From the NCBI GenBank assembly GCA_050287085.1, contig JBNKBE010000017.1, forward strand, positions 84,531 to 148,530: a stretch of 64,000 bases of DNA. Direction: 5' to 3'. Shown piece after piece: positions 62,481 through 64,000 of the stretch. Position 1 is the first letter of the stretch; each line of letters opens with the position of its first letter. Below the pieces are notes generated by a model. It saw only the letters and a program-made list of their open reading frames with translations. It was not told where the DNA came from and made no database searches. The position numbers and the translations under genes were made by a program. This DNA is from Polyangiaceae bacterium. GTDB lineage: Bacteria > Myxococcota_A > Polyangia > Polyangiales > Polyangiaceae.

Positions 62481-62610
62481 TTAGGGCGCGCGAACGGGAA
62501 AGTCCTACTACACCGGCCGCTTCCTCTTGCCGTGGCGGGCGGGCTCGTCGCGGCCCTCCTCTAGCGACTCCGGTAGCCTCGCCGTGCTCGCACCTCCTGC
62601 GCGCCTGCAC
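62481..62610 (-). mobile_element. MITE-like element, copy 4 (partial, inverted)
   Basis: TTAGGGCGCGCGAACGGGAAAGTC matches the copy-2 terminus at 23/24; the interior is the reverse complement of the copy-1 right arm and centre. Confidence 0.7.
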
Positions 62611-62783
62611 ACCGAAGGCATAGGCGCCTCTGTTGCGAGGGTCTCTCGAGAGCTCAGACGGTGGCGCAGCCAGTCGAAGAACGCAGCTCAGGCGCCCGAT
62701 AGGCAGCTCTCTCCCTGCGCCGTCGAGTCCCCCCGGCCTGGGGCCTCCAATCACGTGGTCCGGGAGATGCTGTATTCCGTCAG

Positions 62784-62812
62784 TTGAGCCGCGACGTTAA
62801 CAGTGTTAACAT
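62784..62812 (+). promoter_or_regulatory. Sigma-70 promoter with overlapping palindromic operator (probable TetR autoregulatory site)
   Basis: TTGAGC-17nt-TAACAT with extended -10 TG; palindrome GTTAACA-G-TGTTAAC at 62796..62810. Confidence 0.7.
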
Positions 62813-62818
62813 CTGCTC

Positions 62819-63421
62819 ATGACGCGCTTCCACGAAGAGCCGACCACGCGAGAGCGCATTCTCTCGGAGGCGGGTCGCCTGATTCGCGATTCCGGCCTGC
62901 ACGGTCTTTCTATGCGGACCCTGGCGGCACGACTCGATATGTCGGCCACCGCTCTCTATCGCCATTTCGATGACAAGGGCGCACTCGTCTTGGCGCTGTC
63001 CACGGAAGGCTTCGAGCAGTTCGGGGCACAGCTATTTGCAACGCTCAGCGAAAAAAGCTCCACACAACGCTTGCACGCCACCGTTCTGCGCTACGTGGCG
63101 TTTGCGCTCAAGAATCCCAACCACTACCGGGTCATGTTCATGCTCTCGCCCCAGGAGCTATCGGGGCTCGGCTTGCTCGATGAAAACCGCAGCCGCTTTG
63201 AGGCAACACTGCTATTCATGGCCGATCGCGTAGCGGACGGCGTCCGAGACGGTGGCTTGTCCCCAGTCGATCCACTGGGAGGAGCCTACGCACTGCTGGC
63301 AAGCCTGCACGGCGTGATGTCACTGAGACTAGACGAGAAGCTAGCAGACCTGGACGAAACAGCGTTTACAGATCTGGCACGTCAGACCGTTCTGGCCACA
63401 CTCAGAGGATTAGAGAAGTAG
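62819..63421 (+). CDS. TetR/AcrR family transcriptional regulator
   Basis: TRERILSEA...GLHGLSMRTLAARLDMSATALYRHFDDK HTH; WHG-like C-terminal domain (YVAFA..NP.HYRVMF, LHG). Confidence 0.95.
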   Translation: MTRFHEEPTTRERILSEAGRLIRDSGLHGLSMRTLAARLDMSATALYRHFDDKGALVLALSTEGFEQFGAQLFATLSEKSSTQRLHATVLRYVAFALKNPNHYRVMFMLSPQELSGLGLLDENRSRFEATLLFMADRVADGVRDGGLSPVDPLGGAYALLASLHGVMSLRLDEKLADLDETAFTDLARQTVLATLRGLEK

Positions 63422-63923
63422 CAACGCTGTTAACTTCGTCGCTCTAAACTGCTTTCCCGGGTGCATCAGAGGTCCCGCGCGAGATGGGGCGGCGCAGCGT
63501 CCGAGGCCACGAAATGTGATCCGTATACGGGTCCTCGGCGTCGACTGGGCACGCTGGGGTGTCAGACGGACGTCCCGCAGACGGAGCGCGGAAGCTCGTA
63601 GACGGAGAAGCCCAGAGGCAACCGCAGGTCGGCTCTGCCCTGGAGCGCGCCAAGAGCGTCGCCGAAGGCGCTTTCCATCGTTTGGGCGCGCACTCCGACG
63701 CGGCTCCTACGCATTCAAAGACCGCCCCGCCGAACCGACAGAGTCGCCCCAGCGCCTCGTCTCAGACAATCGCCGGGCATGGTGACATGCCCGTGGGGCA
63801 TGGCGACCTGCGATAGGCGGGGTGGCGGATCGAGTGCCGCCCCCGAAGCGCGATGAGAGCCCAAAGTCAGCTCTCGAACACAGGACATGCCCAAGCCCAA
63901 TGACGCCATGCCCTTGTGGCATA

Positions 63924-64000
63924 CCCGCCGTCTCGCCCCGCCGTCTCGCCCCGCCGTCTCGCCCCGCCGTCTCGCCCCGCCGTCTCGCCCCGCCGTCTCG
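63924..64000. repeat. 13-bp tandem repeat, about 6 copies, running off the window
   Basis: Unit CCCGCCGTCTCGC repeated perfectly. Confidence 0.95.

Noticed and set aside
63924..64000. Possible CRISPR array
   Set aside because: 13-bp units are directly adjacent with no spacers, and no cas genes are in the window.

Overview
GC-rich bacterial chromosomal window with strong myxobacterial (Myxococcota, probably Polyangiales-like) hallmarks: giant kinase-like/TPR proteins, a MYXO-CTERM-tailed FG-GAP/Cys-rich surface protein, a stand-alone HMG-CoA synthase, a CxxCH-lipoprotein/DUF1501 pair and a GYF-like proline-rich protein. Housekeeping and metabolic genes include aspS-glyA, a MetB-like transsulfuration enzyme, a YdeP/FdhF-like oxidoreductase plus fdhD, tpm, slyX, an SNF2 helicase, a PPTase, an rpoD-type sigma factor, a HIT protein and TetR/AraC/XRE regulators. 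I saw no rRNA, tRNA, CRISPR array or transposase. Most notable: (i) one ORF fusing a HemD-like domain, NirB and NirD, with a possible internal start; (ii) a family of 120-180 bp inverted-repeat (MITE-like) elements whose terminal TAA/TAG forms the stop codon of three genes, including the sigma factor; (iii) a PRMT-like methyltransferase; (iv) an EpmC-like HExxH domain fused to Cys clusters; (v) catalytically degenerate signalling scaffolds (EAD-like/pseudokinase/TPR, caspase-like/TPR, pseudokinase/pseudo-sigma54 activator); (vi) a candidate ~95-nt sRNA. All family calls come from motif recognition by eye; no database searches were run.
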